Shown: positions 1-12,400 of the stretch, piece by piece
How positions within the stretch are numbered: position 1 is the stretch's first letter
How the letters are laid out: every line of letters starts with the position of its first letter
Source: Malacoraja senta
Taxonomy: Eukaryota
Length of the DNA stretch: 64,000 nucleotides
NCBI GenBank assembly: GCA_038087875.1
Contig: CM075977.1
Coordinates: 111,786,001 to 111,850,000, forward strand
Direction: 5' to 3'
Program-made: the position numbers and the translations under genes
Notes under the pieces: model-generated
Seen by the model: only the letters and a program-made list of their open reading frames with translations
Databases searched by the model: none
What the model was told of the DNA's origin: nothing

Positions 1-269
1 TCAAATTGATTTGTTCAATGTCCCCTTTGACATTCAAGACTGAAGTCTGCCCAGAACCAAATATCTAAAATTGCTCTCCGAGTGTTCCTCTCACAATTGT
101 CTTACAATAGATGCACGTTTATCAGTGTTTAAGATTGTATTTGTTGAATACATTTTATGTGCTGATTGACGATTAACTATTGGTGAAAATCAGAAGGGAA
201 CCCGTCCCGTCACGTTCCTTTGCTGCTTTGAATCCATAATAACAACTGAGAGGGCAGAGGGGCTACCAC

Positions 270-730
270 CTGAAACATTGACAACTGATTCGGGGCTACC
301 TCCTGCACCCACGTAGAACTCCCGGATTTAATTAGCGTCACAACTATTTTCCATACCGCACCCAAATTCACTTGGAACATCTCCGATATCTCCCTACCGT
401 TTCTTAATCTATCCGTCTCCATCACAGGAGATACACTATCAACCGACATCTACTATAAACCTACTAACTCCCACATCTACCTAGACGACATTTCTTCCCA
501 CCCTCCCTCCAGCCAAGACTCTATCCCCTACACCCAATTCCTCCGTCAATGCCGCATCTGTCCCTCATTAGGGTCTTCTCGATATCCCACAGCACACACC
601 ACATAGCCCTCTGACATTTCCGCCACATTTAACGGGATCCTACCACGAGCCATATCTTCCCATCTTCACCCCTATCAGTTTTCGGCAGAGACCGTTCCCT
701 CCGCAACTCACTGGTTTACACGTCCTTCCC
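270..730 (+). mobile_element. Penelope-like retroelement fragment (RT C-terminal region), deleted copy of 45470-46450
   Basis: Co-linear with 45470-46010. It is joined directly to a CR1 fragment by a deletion that removes the GIY-YIG part. Confidence 0.75.
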
Positions 731-965
731 GTTAATCCACAGATTAACAGCTCTGGGCGAAAATGTTTTAACTCATCTCAGCCATAAATGGGCTCCTTTT
801 ATTCTAAAACCGTGACCCCTGGTTTTGGACTCCCTCAACATCGGGAACTTTTTCCTGCATCTAGCATATACAATCGTTTCAGAATTTAAGAGTCGCTCAG
901 TATTCCAAAAGTCGGTTGCGTTTACATTGTATCATCAATTCTTCACTCACTATAAAGTGTTCCAG

Positions 966-1221
966 GTCTGGTTGATTCAGATTTGAGCACCCAAGAGGAG
1001 GGTCCGCTCACACATACAGAGGGTCAAAGCGCCACTTTCACATGTACCTATTCTAAGGATAATTATTACTTACACTGGTATCGCCAGTATTCAGCCGGAC
1101 AGCCGAGTTTGGGGTTCGGCGATACACTAACGGTGGCTCATACCAGAAGGCAGAATTCGCTCGAAATAGTTTTTCGGACGCGTCAGACTGATACGGCAGT
1201 ATATTTCTGCGCAGTGCATCA
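966..1221 (+). pseudogene. TRDV-like: TCR delta/alpha V segment pseudogene (copy A)
   Basis: Phase-1 acceptor TTCCAG|GT at 964-965. Translation LVDSDLSTQEEGPLTHTEGQSATFTCTYSKDNYYLHWYRQYSAGQP..DTAVYFCAV has Ig V-set Cys, WYRQ and DxAxYxC motifs. It has a frameshift after QP and a 47-nt deletion versus copy B. No leader exon found. Confidence 0.88.
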
Positions 1222-1260
1222 CATAGTGTTGAGATTGGCGAGAATTTCAAGCGCACAGCT
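1222..1260 (+). other. Degenerate 23-spacer recombination signal sequence
   Basis: CATAGTG (CACAGTG in the paralog) directly after the V, then 23 nt, then a poor nonamer CGCACAGCT. Confidence 0.6.
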
Positions 1261-3448
1261 GCTATCTCGTGGATGATTTGGTTCATTGCGGCTTGGGCAG
1301 CTGCCACGAAGCTCACAGCTTGTGTGCGGGTAACAGAAGCAGTCAGAGCCGGATTGACACAGCGTCTTGTCTGCCTATTTCTGCGAGATATCGGGAGAAA
1401 CCACTTTTCCATTGAAAATAAATTGACGCCAAACTCGTTCATTTAGGAGACCCACTACTTCGCAAAAGATAAACTTTCGTCCAATGAGGGAATAAATACT
1501 TCTTAAAGTATATATCGCTAGAGGAACAGAAAGGAGGCCGATGACCAAAAAAATAATGCAGATGCTTCTAAGTTAACCATGTTCTTGATCTTGCGGTCAA
1601 ACTCCGCGTTTATTAACTCATGACTGCTTCTTGCGAACAGAATGTATTCCTGTATCCACCCGGGTGGCTGTTTTCTTGAAACACAGACTGATCAGAGCAA
1701 TCAATTAAAATAAAACGATGGCCTTAAAACTGACTAAACTTTGTTGCCTTCCACCACAGTGAAAAATGCTGTGGTGGATGTTTGTGTTAAATGTTATTGT
1801 GCATTGTGTGTTCTTTTTAAGTGTATCGCTGCTGGCAAAATCATTTCACTGCACCTTCGGGTGCATAGGACGAATACAATTGAGTTTCTTTTTGACTTTG
1901 ACCTAACCGAAGGAGAGGTTGAGGCAGTTGGTTCTTTACTCTACTAAGTATTTATTTTATCGTTTTATTAGAGCGTATACATGTACTTCATGATTATCAT
2001 GCTGGATAATACACTCATCCATTTGTACTTCATTCCGAATTCTGTATTATAACCTAACAGTATAACGACAGTAAGATGATCACTGTAGCCGGATATTTTG
2101 ATCAGGTTGAATAATAATTATAAGCCTCCACGATGCGGGCGAAACAGCCTAGAGGGTTATAATCGAGATTCGATTGGGAACTGACAACGGACGGTTGGCA
2201 AGCAGGTACGGCATAGTGTGCTCACTCGTAGTCCCAAATGGTCCGCAGAACGGCAGAATAGTTTTTCGTCGGTAGCACGGAGGGCACGACCACGTCTGAC
2301 AGCAACAAATTAGATGGGAGTTTGGTAGAGGTGTGTGAACATGCATATCTAACACAGGCATCGTAAGGCACGGGCAGGTAAATTAACGGACAGGGGATGA
2401 GAACCCCAATCAAATTTACACCGTCAGCAAGTCTTTTGTCTTCCGCTATTGAATGCCATAATGCGGCTTGTTGCGAATGGTTGTTGATATCACTTCTGCT
2501 GAAGGTCCCACAGTACAGAACCGAAGTACAAGGAAGTTATGCCCGATTTGTTAACACACTCGCAGGGGGCTCTTTGCGTATTGCGCCCTGATCCTCTCAC
2601 GACATTACAAGGAGATGTGTCATACAATGGAAGGCGTAGAAGAGGCAAACTGGGACTTTCTATGCGGCAGGGAAGTACAGAATGAAACTGTGGGGTGTCG
2701 TGAGGCTTCAATGGAGAATGGTAGATCGACGCGGTACTGAACTGGGGTATTTTACCGAAATGCGAAATCCTGAGATAAAAACAAAGATGAATGATTACAT
2801 TTTATTCCGCAAATGTCCCAGGACCTGCTGACGATCTCCAGAATGATCTGACTTTAAATTCAATTTACTCCATCCGTCCTTCTTCCTTTCAAAGGTTCTG
2901 CTTGACCACTTGGGTGCACGTGCTGGATTAGGACCACATTCAAAGCATGCTTCGCATCTGTTGCACAGATTACAGCATTAAAACGGTAAAACGAGTATGA
3001 TTCACACAAGGAGAATTAACTAAACCAAAAATACATAAAACAATATATCTTGCAAATCGCTGAGATACAATAGAATACTGGTGCTCGAATATTGATGCAA
3101 AATTTAAAAGCTGTAGGGACTCCATTAAGACAAACCGTGACACGGCCTTGGCCGACTGCGTGAGGTCATTTCGTTCCGAATAGCCAGCAACCGGTCAGTG
3201 GAGACGAGTACGCGCGAGTTGACAGAATATAAATGTTGGCATAATTAAACGACTGTTAAGACAATACGATAATGACAGGATCATTAATTGTAGATGCCAG
3301 CGTTTGCTTTATTGCATTCATAACCATTAAATACAAGTACTTATTTAGAATTCCTAAAACGCGATTCATTTTTCTCGCAATCAAGTCAGTTGCATTGTGC
3401 TGACAATCCAGTGATTGCTATGACCCAGCGCCCCCGCAAGGTAGGAGT

Positions 3449-3540
3449 CTGAAGAAGGGTCTCAACCCGAAACGTCACCCATTCCTTCTCTCCGGAGATG
3501 CTGCCTTTCTCGCTGAGTTACTCCACCATGTTGTGTCTCC
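3449..3540 (+). mobile_element. Penelope-terminus-derived short repeat with minimal hammerhead-like core
   Basis: CTGAAGA-AGGGTCTCAACCC-GAAAC-GTC. The same repeat recurs at 35047, 39485, 49592 and 62541. Confidence 0.55.
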
Positions 3541-4141
3541 GACAAAAGAACAAATGGGCGCTCTGCTACAAAACGCACTTCCGTCACTCGAAAATGCCGA
3601 CAGGAACCTACGTCAAAAAGGCCCACCGGCGTCCAGCCGATCATGGCCGACGGGTGACGGCACAATTTCTCTCGTCTGGCGGGCTATCGCTGTACCTAAG
3701 AGTGCACGTTGTGAAATAGTGTCCTGAATAACGGTCAGTGCAAATGATAAACAGATTCACCATCCTGCGTGCACACTTCCGTTCGACTAAAATACACGAA
3801 TATATTCACGACAAGAAGTGATTGATCCGGCATCGATAAACAGTTCTGCTGGACCAACGGCAAAATCAGATCTTCACCTATGAGGTGAACTCCATGAGAC
3901 AGAACAGGACCCACGGAAATACACAGAGCAACGGGATTATGGTAAGATAACGAGATAGTATCCTTTATCCCAAAGAAAGATTTTAGTTCGTTGCAAAATG
4001 TATAGAAAATGGCAAATTCTATCTAAAACGCGTTAACATACTTGCAAAGTAGAACTATCTTAAAGGTAATATATTCAATGTGAACTGCGATTGAGGATGG
4101 TAATTTAAATGGCGATTGGCCCTGCTATCACAGGCACTAAT

Positions 4142-4653
4142 TGCTATTGAGGGAGTGCAGCGTAGGTTTACAAGGTTAATTCCCGGGATGGCGGGACTGT
4201 CATATGCTGAGAGAATGGAGTAGCTGGGCTTGTACACTCTGGAGATTAGAAGGATGAGAGGATATCTCATTCAAACATATAAGATTGTTAAGGGCTTGGA
4301 CACACTAGAGGCAGGAAACATGTTCCCGATGTTGTGGGAGTCCAGAACCAGGGGCCACAGTTTAAGAATAAGGAGTAAGCCATTTTGAACGGAGACGATG
4401 AAACACTTTTTCTCACATAAAGTGGTGAGTCTGTCGAATTCTCTGCCTCAGAGGGCGGTGGAGGCAGGTTCTCTGGATGCTTTCAAGAGTGAGCTAGATT
4501 GGGCTCTTAAAAATAGCGGAGTCAGGGGATATGTGGAGAAGGCAGGAACAGGGTACTGATTGGGGTTGATCAGCCATGATCACATTGAATGGCGATGCTG
4601 ACTCGAAGGGCCAAATGGCCTACTCCTGCACCTATTGTCTATTGTCTATTGTC
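4142..4653 (+). mobile_element. CR1 LINE 3' fragment
   Basis: Encodes the CR1 ORF2 C-terminus (EGVQRRFTRLIPG...) and is homologous to 51400-51900. It ends in an (ATTGTCT)n tail. Confidence 0.9.
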
Positions 4654-5859
4654 TAATATCCATAAAGGGCCAAATGATATCGTAAACGGCAAACGTTGCT
4701 GGCTTGATGCATGTAAGCGTATTATAATTTAAAATATGATTATTGGGGCATAACGCGATGACGACGGATTGGACCTTGTTTTAAAGTACCCATGAAGTAA
4801 ATAGAGAGACTTTCCGTGTTCATGGGGCACACTACAACACCCAGTTTTACAAGTCCTTGTTATTTCAGAGTTTTGTGTACGTCTGGGAAATATGTCCAAT
4901 GTTAAAAATCTATGTTATTCACAAGGCCCCGATTGCTATCTAAGTTGGACAATTATCAAAATCTAACATTATCCATAGCCCACGTATTCCTGCAAAAATA
5001 TTTGCCTCATTGACTCCCACTACCCCTGACATTATCCTGAACTTATTGCCAAGAAAATAGTGACGTGATGTCCACAAATACTTAAAATAGTGTAGGTCAA
5101 ATTAGTCAAGACTTCGGAAACCGGCAAGGAAGTGAAATCATTCTGAAGTACGTGGTTTCACCATATTCGTCCTCATTTCAGACACCCAGTTTGACAATGC
5201 AAACATGAAACATTTCAAATATTGTGCAGGGCAGACCGTACCGGCCGATTGAGGGGTAGAATTAACATTCAAATCTATGCCCAGATTTTCCGTTCCGATT
5301 TCCAGCTCTTCCTGCCAAATTATTTAAGAACTCCCAAAGCCTCTGCAGAGCGTGGCCAATACGCTGAAGATTGAGATGGAGTATATGATTCGCAGCCTTT
5401 GACAGCAACACCAAAGGCCTCCCTGCACAGAATGATCCAACCCACATCGGAAGTAATTAGTGCCATGTTAATAGCATGGCGAATAGCCACAAACAGAGCA
5501 AAGAGCAAACATATTCAGTCATAGTCATGGAGTCAGAAACGACGGAATCCGGCGTTTCAGCACAACTTATCTATGCAGCCCCATTTAAGCTAGCCCCATT
5601 TGCCTAGATTTAGGCCATAAACTATTTTTTTTTAATCAATATAGCTGGTCAAATGTATTTTAAATATTTATATTCTACTAGCCTCAACTACTTAATCTGG
5701 CAGCCCATTCCATATAACGTGAAACGGTTGCCCTCGGGTCCCTATTGGATATGTTCCGTCGCAGCGGAAACCCATGCTACCTCGTTCTTGATACGCACCC
5801 CTGGAAAAACATACTCGGTCCATTCACCCTATTTATCCCCCTCATGATTGTAAACGCAC

Positions 5860-6427
5860 CTCAGTAACATCACCCATCTTACGCTCCAGGTAATAGTGTT
5901 CTTGGCTGCCCAACATCTCCATTTATGCCATGTCCTCAAATACTGGAAACATCGTTGTAAATCGTCTCTGAATTCTTCCCAGAGTAATAGCGTCTGCAAG
6001 AGCACGATAACGTGCCATAATCGATTACCTGAACGATAAATGTCAAAGTACTCCTCGCCCTATCTAACTTCCGCGCCACTCTCAGGAAACGGTATACTTG
6101 CAGCCCCAGATTCTTCTCCGGTCCTCGATTCACCTACTCTGGGAAAGAAACTGTGCATCTCTCCCATCTATTCTTCTTACGATTGTATACATCTCCATAA
6201 GATCATCCCTCATCCTCCGGCGCTCCAATGAATAGAGTCCCAACCAACTCAACCTCACCCTATATTTCTGACCCTGTAGTCCTGGGAACATCCTCGTAAA
6301 TCTTCTCTGTTCCATTTCCAGCTTAGACATCTTTCCTGTAATATGGTATCCAGAACTGCACTCAATACTCTAAAAGCGGCCTCACCAACAGTTTTATTGA
6401 ACTGCAACATGACCTCCCAATGTATAT
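5860..6427 (-). mobile_element. Mosaic of CR1 LINE fragments
   Basis: ORF 6130-6330 (QRRFTRMFPGLQG..LGLYSLERRRMRDDL) is typical CR1 ORF2 C-terminus. Confidence 0.8.
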
Positions 6428-6708
6428 ACTCAGAGCGCAGTAATAAACTGCAGAGACGCGCAGGTTCAGCGCCGAGATGGTCAAGCTGCTGAATTAGGTC
6501 ACGGGCGGACCTCGGCTGTGAAATGTATTCCCGTTGCATGTTGGTGATGCCACCGGACAGCAAAAATTCGACCTCTGTTCCCAGGCGTTACCGGTACGGA
6601 ATAAATAACATATACTCGCTATCGTATTATAGTTTAAAGTCATGCGGTCTACTTTATCCTTTACTCCAGAGGACAGGGGTTGAGTGAGAGAATCTCCCTG
6701 ACACCAAT
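6428..6708 (-). pseudogene. TRAV/TRDV-like: Inverted TCR alpha/delta V exon pseudogene
   Basis: Minus-strand acceptor TTACAG| then (D)WCQGDSLTQPLSS.., YR*RLGTEVEFLL, and FSSLTISALNLRVSAVYYCALS. Several stops and frameshifts; the RSS is replaced by CR1. Confidence 0.82.
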
Positions 6709-6774
6709 CTGTAAGTAAGCATGATTAGATGGATTAGATGGAGAAAACAACACGCGCTTGTGCTTCAACATTAC

Positions 6775-6820
6775 CTCACAGATCGAGGACGGAGAGAGGA
6801 GCTAAATAGCCTGCTTCAGA
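6775..6820 (-). pseudogene. Degenerate leader exon of the inverted V
   Basis: Hydrophobic GYLAPLSVLDL* ends at a phase-1 donor GAG|GTAATG (6774-6769). A 66-nt intron leads to the acceptor at 6710-6709. No ATG retained. Confidence 0.5.
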
Positions 6821-8539
6821 AATACCTGTCAGTAATACTCCCCACACAACCCAGATACCGATGAGCCGCATTATGTTTCTCCATCCGTCAATGATGAGTT
6901 AGGGATTTGAAGCAACTTATTCCGATGCCTTCCGACAAAATCCATTGCCACCTTTCACGATGCTCTCCCGTTGCCTACTTGTAACCCCATTGATGCCGGG
7001 TGAGGGTTGGCTATTTAAGACGAAGAGTGGTAGTGGGATAGCCACTCAACCAATGGAAAGCAAATCCCATCAAGACACAGGAACTGCAGATTCAATAATC
7101 ATGAACAAATGAAAAACACTGCGCTGGAGTAACTCAGCAGGTGTAGCAGCAATACTGAAGGACGTGGGCAGGCGAGAGTCGGAGCTGGCACAGGGCTGCA
7201 TTCAATGCCGTTAGATGTTCCGCGCTCCCCGCTCATAGGGGCGCATGAAGCACCTGTCTGATTACTGAATCCGAGGGAAGACCAGCATTGAGGGAAAACA
7301 ACAGGAAAATGCGAAAACATTAAATTGATACTCCAAATGGTACCCGCAACTGGATTCGGAACTGCGTTATAGGAAGACAGGAACTTATTGTTACCAATCT
7401 CATCGAAAACACATGTACTTAGGTAAAAACATGGAGAGAACTAAAGCGCTTAACAATTTCTCCATAAAGTCCTCACACTTCAACATCCTCTCTCGTTGAC
7501 AAAGTTTTGTTTTGTTGGCATGAAGGACGAGAAACATGCAGGAAGAGGCTTGCACTGATGAAATACAAATTGCTCTATTTTGGTGAATCAAAGAGTGGGG
7601 TAAGAGATCAAATGGCACAGTTGAACGTATGAACATCTGGATGTAAATTTGCTTCTATTTGAGTAAGGCTCGTGAATAATATTTAAATTGAATAATATTG
7701 GATGGTGCTCGCAGGATATTGAGAGCGTAGGATTGTGTCGGGTTATGGGTGAAGTGTACACTGAGAAAAGTGTCGAAAATCTAATATTTTATATTCTATC
7801 CGGAATGTCGCTGCAGGAGGTATAGTCCATTTAGAAATAGCTCGTTTGCTTGGTGTCGTCACACTGTCCGGCTCAATGTTTGTTTTGAGGCTATTCAAGC
7901 GCGGTGGGGGGGGGGGGGGTGTATAAATTTGTAGCAGTCCGCCAGCCGGCGGGCATCGCGGTATCATTGTCAGACCGCCATTTTGACACAGGATCCTGAC
8001 CGCCATTTTGACACAGGCTCCTTGTTGCTATTGTGGCGCGACGTCTAGTTCATTCCCGTTCATACTGTAGGTCAAAGGAAAGTCATGAAATGTAAACAAA
8101 TTATTTAATTTCAATTGGTTACCACCATGGTCCGCGCAGTCATAATGCGCTGAATAACATTTTACTGTTTTACACTGTCATTGAACATAAAACACAAGAA
8201 CACGCCTTCAGGCCACAACGCCGAACATGACACGGAGATTAATACATACCTGCCTGCTCAAATTACATATAATTCTCTTCCCTGCATATCATCGTGTCTA
8301 TCGAAAACCCTCTTAAAAGCCACTGTGATATCTGCCTACTATTACCCCAGGCAGCGACGTCCCTGCGCTCACCACCATGCGTAAAAAACTTGCCAGCACA
8401 TCTGTAAACTTTGCACCTCTCACTTGAAAGATCTGCTCTCGAGCATGTCCCATGATCCCTTATATATCTGTAATAATGCTGACTGCAAGGTTCTTGTAAT
8501 GAGCCTCCCCATAACTTCTGACACCCGAACTAATCAATA

Positions 8540-8775
8540 ATCTTTCAATCTCCATCTTACAAATATCCATTTACGGCCTCCACAGCCTTCAAGGTCAATG
8601 CATTCCGCAGATTCGCGATCATCCGACTAAAGAAATGTATCCTCGTCTCCTCTATAAAGGAACGTCCTATTATTTTGAGGCTATGGTCTCTCGTCCTAGA
8701 CTCTCCCACTAGTGGACACATCCGCTCCACATCCACTTTATCCGGACCTTTCACAATTCGATAATTATAATGAGG
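8540..8775 (-). mobile_element. CR1 LINE 3' fragment
   Basis: ORF 8557-8937 contains KGPDKVDVERMCPLVGESRTRDHSLKI. Confidence 0.8.
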
Positions 8776-10620
8776 TCCTCCCCTCATCAACGCTGATGTA
8801 AAGTACAACGCACCATCGGAATAACATTTAAAACTAACTTTCCATGCAGATGGGGTCGCCCAAGCTTCCTCACCAAACGTCCTATGAAGGGTGGTGTGCA
8901 TAATGAACGGAGGAGGTACTTGAGGCAAGTAAAACAATAACGTTTGAGATACATGTGGGTCTACATGAGTTAGATAGGTTTAGAGGGCTATATATCGAGC
9001 CTGGGCTGGTGGGACGAGCGTAAATTGAGCATGATGGTCAGAGTGGACAAGTTCGGCCCGATGGCCTGTTTCCACCCTGTATGACTCTCTGCCAATACGA
9101 CTGTATGAGATCCCCCCTCTCCTGCAGAATGTAAATAAGACCATTCACAAAAACATTTAAACTTTATTTTTCAACAGGGCCTCCTGAAAAAACCTGGGAT
9201 AAAATTGATAATGGGTAGATGTGTATGGATTAGGTCAGTGTCTGGGAACTGTAGTTCAAGGTCTCGACATAAACTATTTCAAAGTACCCTGTGTTGTTGG
9301 CTGATATTTCTGTATGACCTTTCTACACCTGCAACCTCGGGGAATATATTTAAATTTAGAAATATTACACGCTATCCTACTTTACAATTCCTTTGTTCTG
9401 TACGTGCTCAATTGGTGCACAGGGGATGAGCGGCCACACTAATGAGTGTTGTGGTATAACATCACAAGGGAGCAAAATCCGTAATATATTTCCACAGGGA
9501 GGTGATCTCAACAAGTCGTTAATGTTTTCATTGGATACTAGACTAAGTGAGACCCTTTGGGTCCCAGCTTCACACGGGAGGGCTGGTCCCCCAGCGCAAT
9601 ATTCCACCTCTCCACCAATTCCAATATTGCTGGCCAGTTGAGGGGGGGGCTATCTGGAACGTTAGAATGGGTGTTGTGTGCCGAAGGGACTGGTTTCCAG
9701 AGGGCTAGTATGGACATTTTGGGCCGAATGGGATCTTGGGCTGGCAGCTCCGTCACTGAGGCCTGGCAGCTGAGCCACTCAGGCCTAGCAGGCTGTCAGC
9801 TCAGTAACTCAGGCCTGGCGGGCTGGCAGCTCAGAAACTGCCAGAAATTCTGCCGAAAACAGGTGACATACTCTATGAGAGAGAAGGGGGGGAGGGTGAA
9901 CATCCAATTTTAGACATTTTCATCTTTTTTTAGATCACAGCAATGAAAGAGGAAAGTCTATCCTTGCGTGGATCTCTGGAACGCTATTACGGATGTTGTA
10001 GGCTGAAGGGACAGGTTTCTAGAGGGCAGTATGGACATTGTGGACTGAATGGATTCTTGGACTTGCAGTTCAGTGAGTCACGGCTGGTGGGCTGGCAGTT
10101 CATGGCTGGTGGGCTGGCACTTCAGTCACTTACAGCTTTTGGGTTGGCAGTTCACTTACTCGTGGCGGGTGGGCTGGCAGTCCAGTCACTCACGGCTGGT
10201 GTGGTGGCAGTTCACTCAGTCACCCCTCCTCCCTTCACCCTCCACTCTGCTCGTTGCCATTCCCCTCCCCCCTCGCATCCAGTCCATCTCCCCTCAACCT
10301 CCCCCCATGCACACTTAGTTGCTCTCCGACAGCGCAGCCATTCCTACCTATTAGGTACACATTGCGATTAAGAACACGCAGGCATGGCAAGTGGAAAATG
10401 GATGTATTAATGTTTAAAATGTGAATCAATCTTAAAATATAACAACAATTGAAATGTTAAAGATGATTTAGTTCAGTTCTTTCTTGTTGTGTTCTGCTGC
10501 TCACTGCCGCTTGATGCCTCTTTGCTGTTCATTTAAAAAAAAGAGACAATTTTAATACAGAGAGATTGAGCGGTCAAATTTTAACAAAGAAAATCTGAGA
10601 TTTTACCTCGAAAGTCATCA

Positions 10621-10778
10621 TACAGTGCAGGCAGTGTCACAGCACATCAAGCAGATTGCAGGCAGCAAAACCAATGTCACGGCACTTCAAGCAGAGTGCA
10701 GGCAGCAAATCCAATTTCACAGCACTTCAAGCAGAGTGTAGGCAGCAAATCCAATGTCACAACTCTTCTAGCAGAGTG
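10621..10778. repeat. 40-bp minisatellite running into an assembly gap
   Basis: About 3-4 copies of GCAGAGTGCAGGCAGCAAATCCAATKTCACAGCACTTCAA before the N run at 10779-11020. Confidence 0.9.
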
Positions 10779-11020
10779 NNNNNNNNNNNNNNNNNNNNNN
10801 NNNNNNNNNNNNNNNNNNNNNNNNNNNNNNNNNNNNNNNNNNNNNNNNNNNNNNNNNNNNNNNNNNNNNNNNNNNNNNNNNNNNNNNNNNNNNNNNNNNN
10901 NNNNNNNNNNNNNNNNNNNNNNNNNNNNNNNNNNNNNNNNNNNNNNNNNNNNNNNNNNNNNNNNNNNNNNNNNNNNNNNNNNNNNNNNNNNNNNNNNNNN
11001 NNNNNNNNNNNNNNNNNNNN

Positions 11021-12400
11021 CACACACACACACACTCTACCACACACACGGCCTCCACCACACACACTCACACACACAGCCTCCACCTAATACACACTCC
11101 GCCACACACACACACACGCACACACACCCTCCACCACACACACACACACACTCCCACCACCACACACACACACCCTCCACCACACACACCCACACACACA
11201 CATCTCCACACACACACACACCCTCCACCAAACACACTCCACACACACACCCTCCACCACACACACACATTCCACCACACACACCTTCCACCACACACAC
11301 ACACCCTCCACCGCACACACACACGCATACCCTCCACCACACACTTACCCTCCACCACATACACACACACCCTCCACCAAACACACACCCTCCGCCACAC
11401 ACATACACACACACCCTCCACCACACACACACCCTCCAGCACACACACACCCTCCACCACACACACACAAATCCTTCACCACACACACACCCTCCACCAC
11501 ACACGCACCGACCCTCCAACACACACCCTCCACCACACACACGCACACCCTCCAGCATATGCACACACCCTCCACCACATACACACACACCATCCACCAC
11601 ACACACACACACCCTCCACCACACACACACCCTCCACCACACACACACCCTCCACCACACACACACATACACACACGCTCCATCACACACACACCCTCCA
11701 CCACACACACACACACACACTGTCCACCACACACACCCTCCACCAAACACACGCAGACCCTCCACCACACACACCTACACACACCCCCTCCACTACACAC
11801 ACCCACACACCACTACACACAAACACACACGCACACACACCCTCCATCACACATACACGAACACACACCCTCCACCACACACACACTCCACACACACACA
11901 CACACCCTCCACCAGACACACTCACGCACACATCCTCCACCATACACACACACCATCCACTAAACACACACACACCCTCCATTACACACACCCACACACC
12001 CCTCCACACACACACACACACGCACACACACCCTCCATCACACACACACACTCCACCACACACACACCACCCTCCACCAGACACACTCACACACATCCTC
12101 CACCACACACACACCATCCACCAAACACACCCACACCCTCCACCACACACACCCACACACACCCTCCACTACACACACCCACACATCCTCCACANNNNNN
12201 NNNNNNNNNNNNNNNNNNNNNNNNNNNNNNNNNNNNNNNNNNNNNNNNNNNNNNNNNNNNNNNNNNNNNNNNNNNNNNNNNNNNNNNNNNNNNNNNNNNN
12301 NNNNNNNNNNNNNNNNNNNNNNNNNNNNNNNNCTCACACACACATACAATCACACATATACACTCACACACCCACTCACACACACATACAGTCACACACA
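11021..12400. repeat. (CA)n / CCCTCCACCACACAC low-complexity array with internal gap
   Basis: Seen directly; N run at 12195-12332. Confidence 0.97.

Larger units (their letters stand above)
1..4140 (+). repeat. Segmental duplication block, paralogous to ~45201-50650
   Basis: Co-linear near-identical sequence from TCAAATTG..TTGTTCAATGTC (1 vs 45202) to GGCCCTGCT..CACAGGCA (~4120-4138 vs ~50637-50655). It includes the same Penelope/CR1 fragments and V pseudogene. Confidence 0.95.

Noticed and set aside
7973-8017. 20-bp direct repeat GACCGCCATTTTGACACAGG (YY1-like)
   Set aside because: A simple local duplication with no supporting context.
10621-10778. Regular 40-bp repeats as a CRISPR-like array
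   Set aside because: Tandem units without unique spacers in eukaryotic DNA; a minisatellite.
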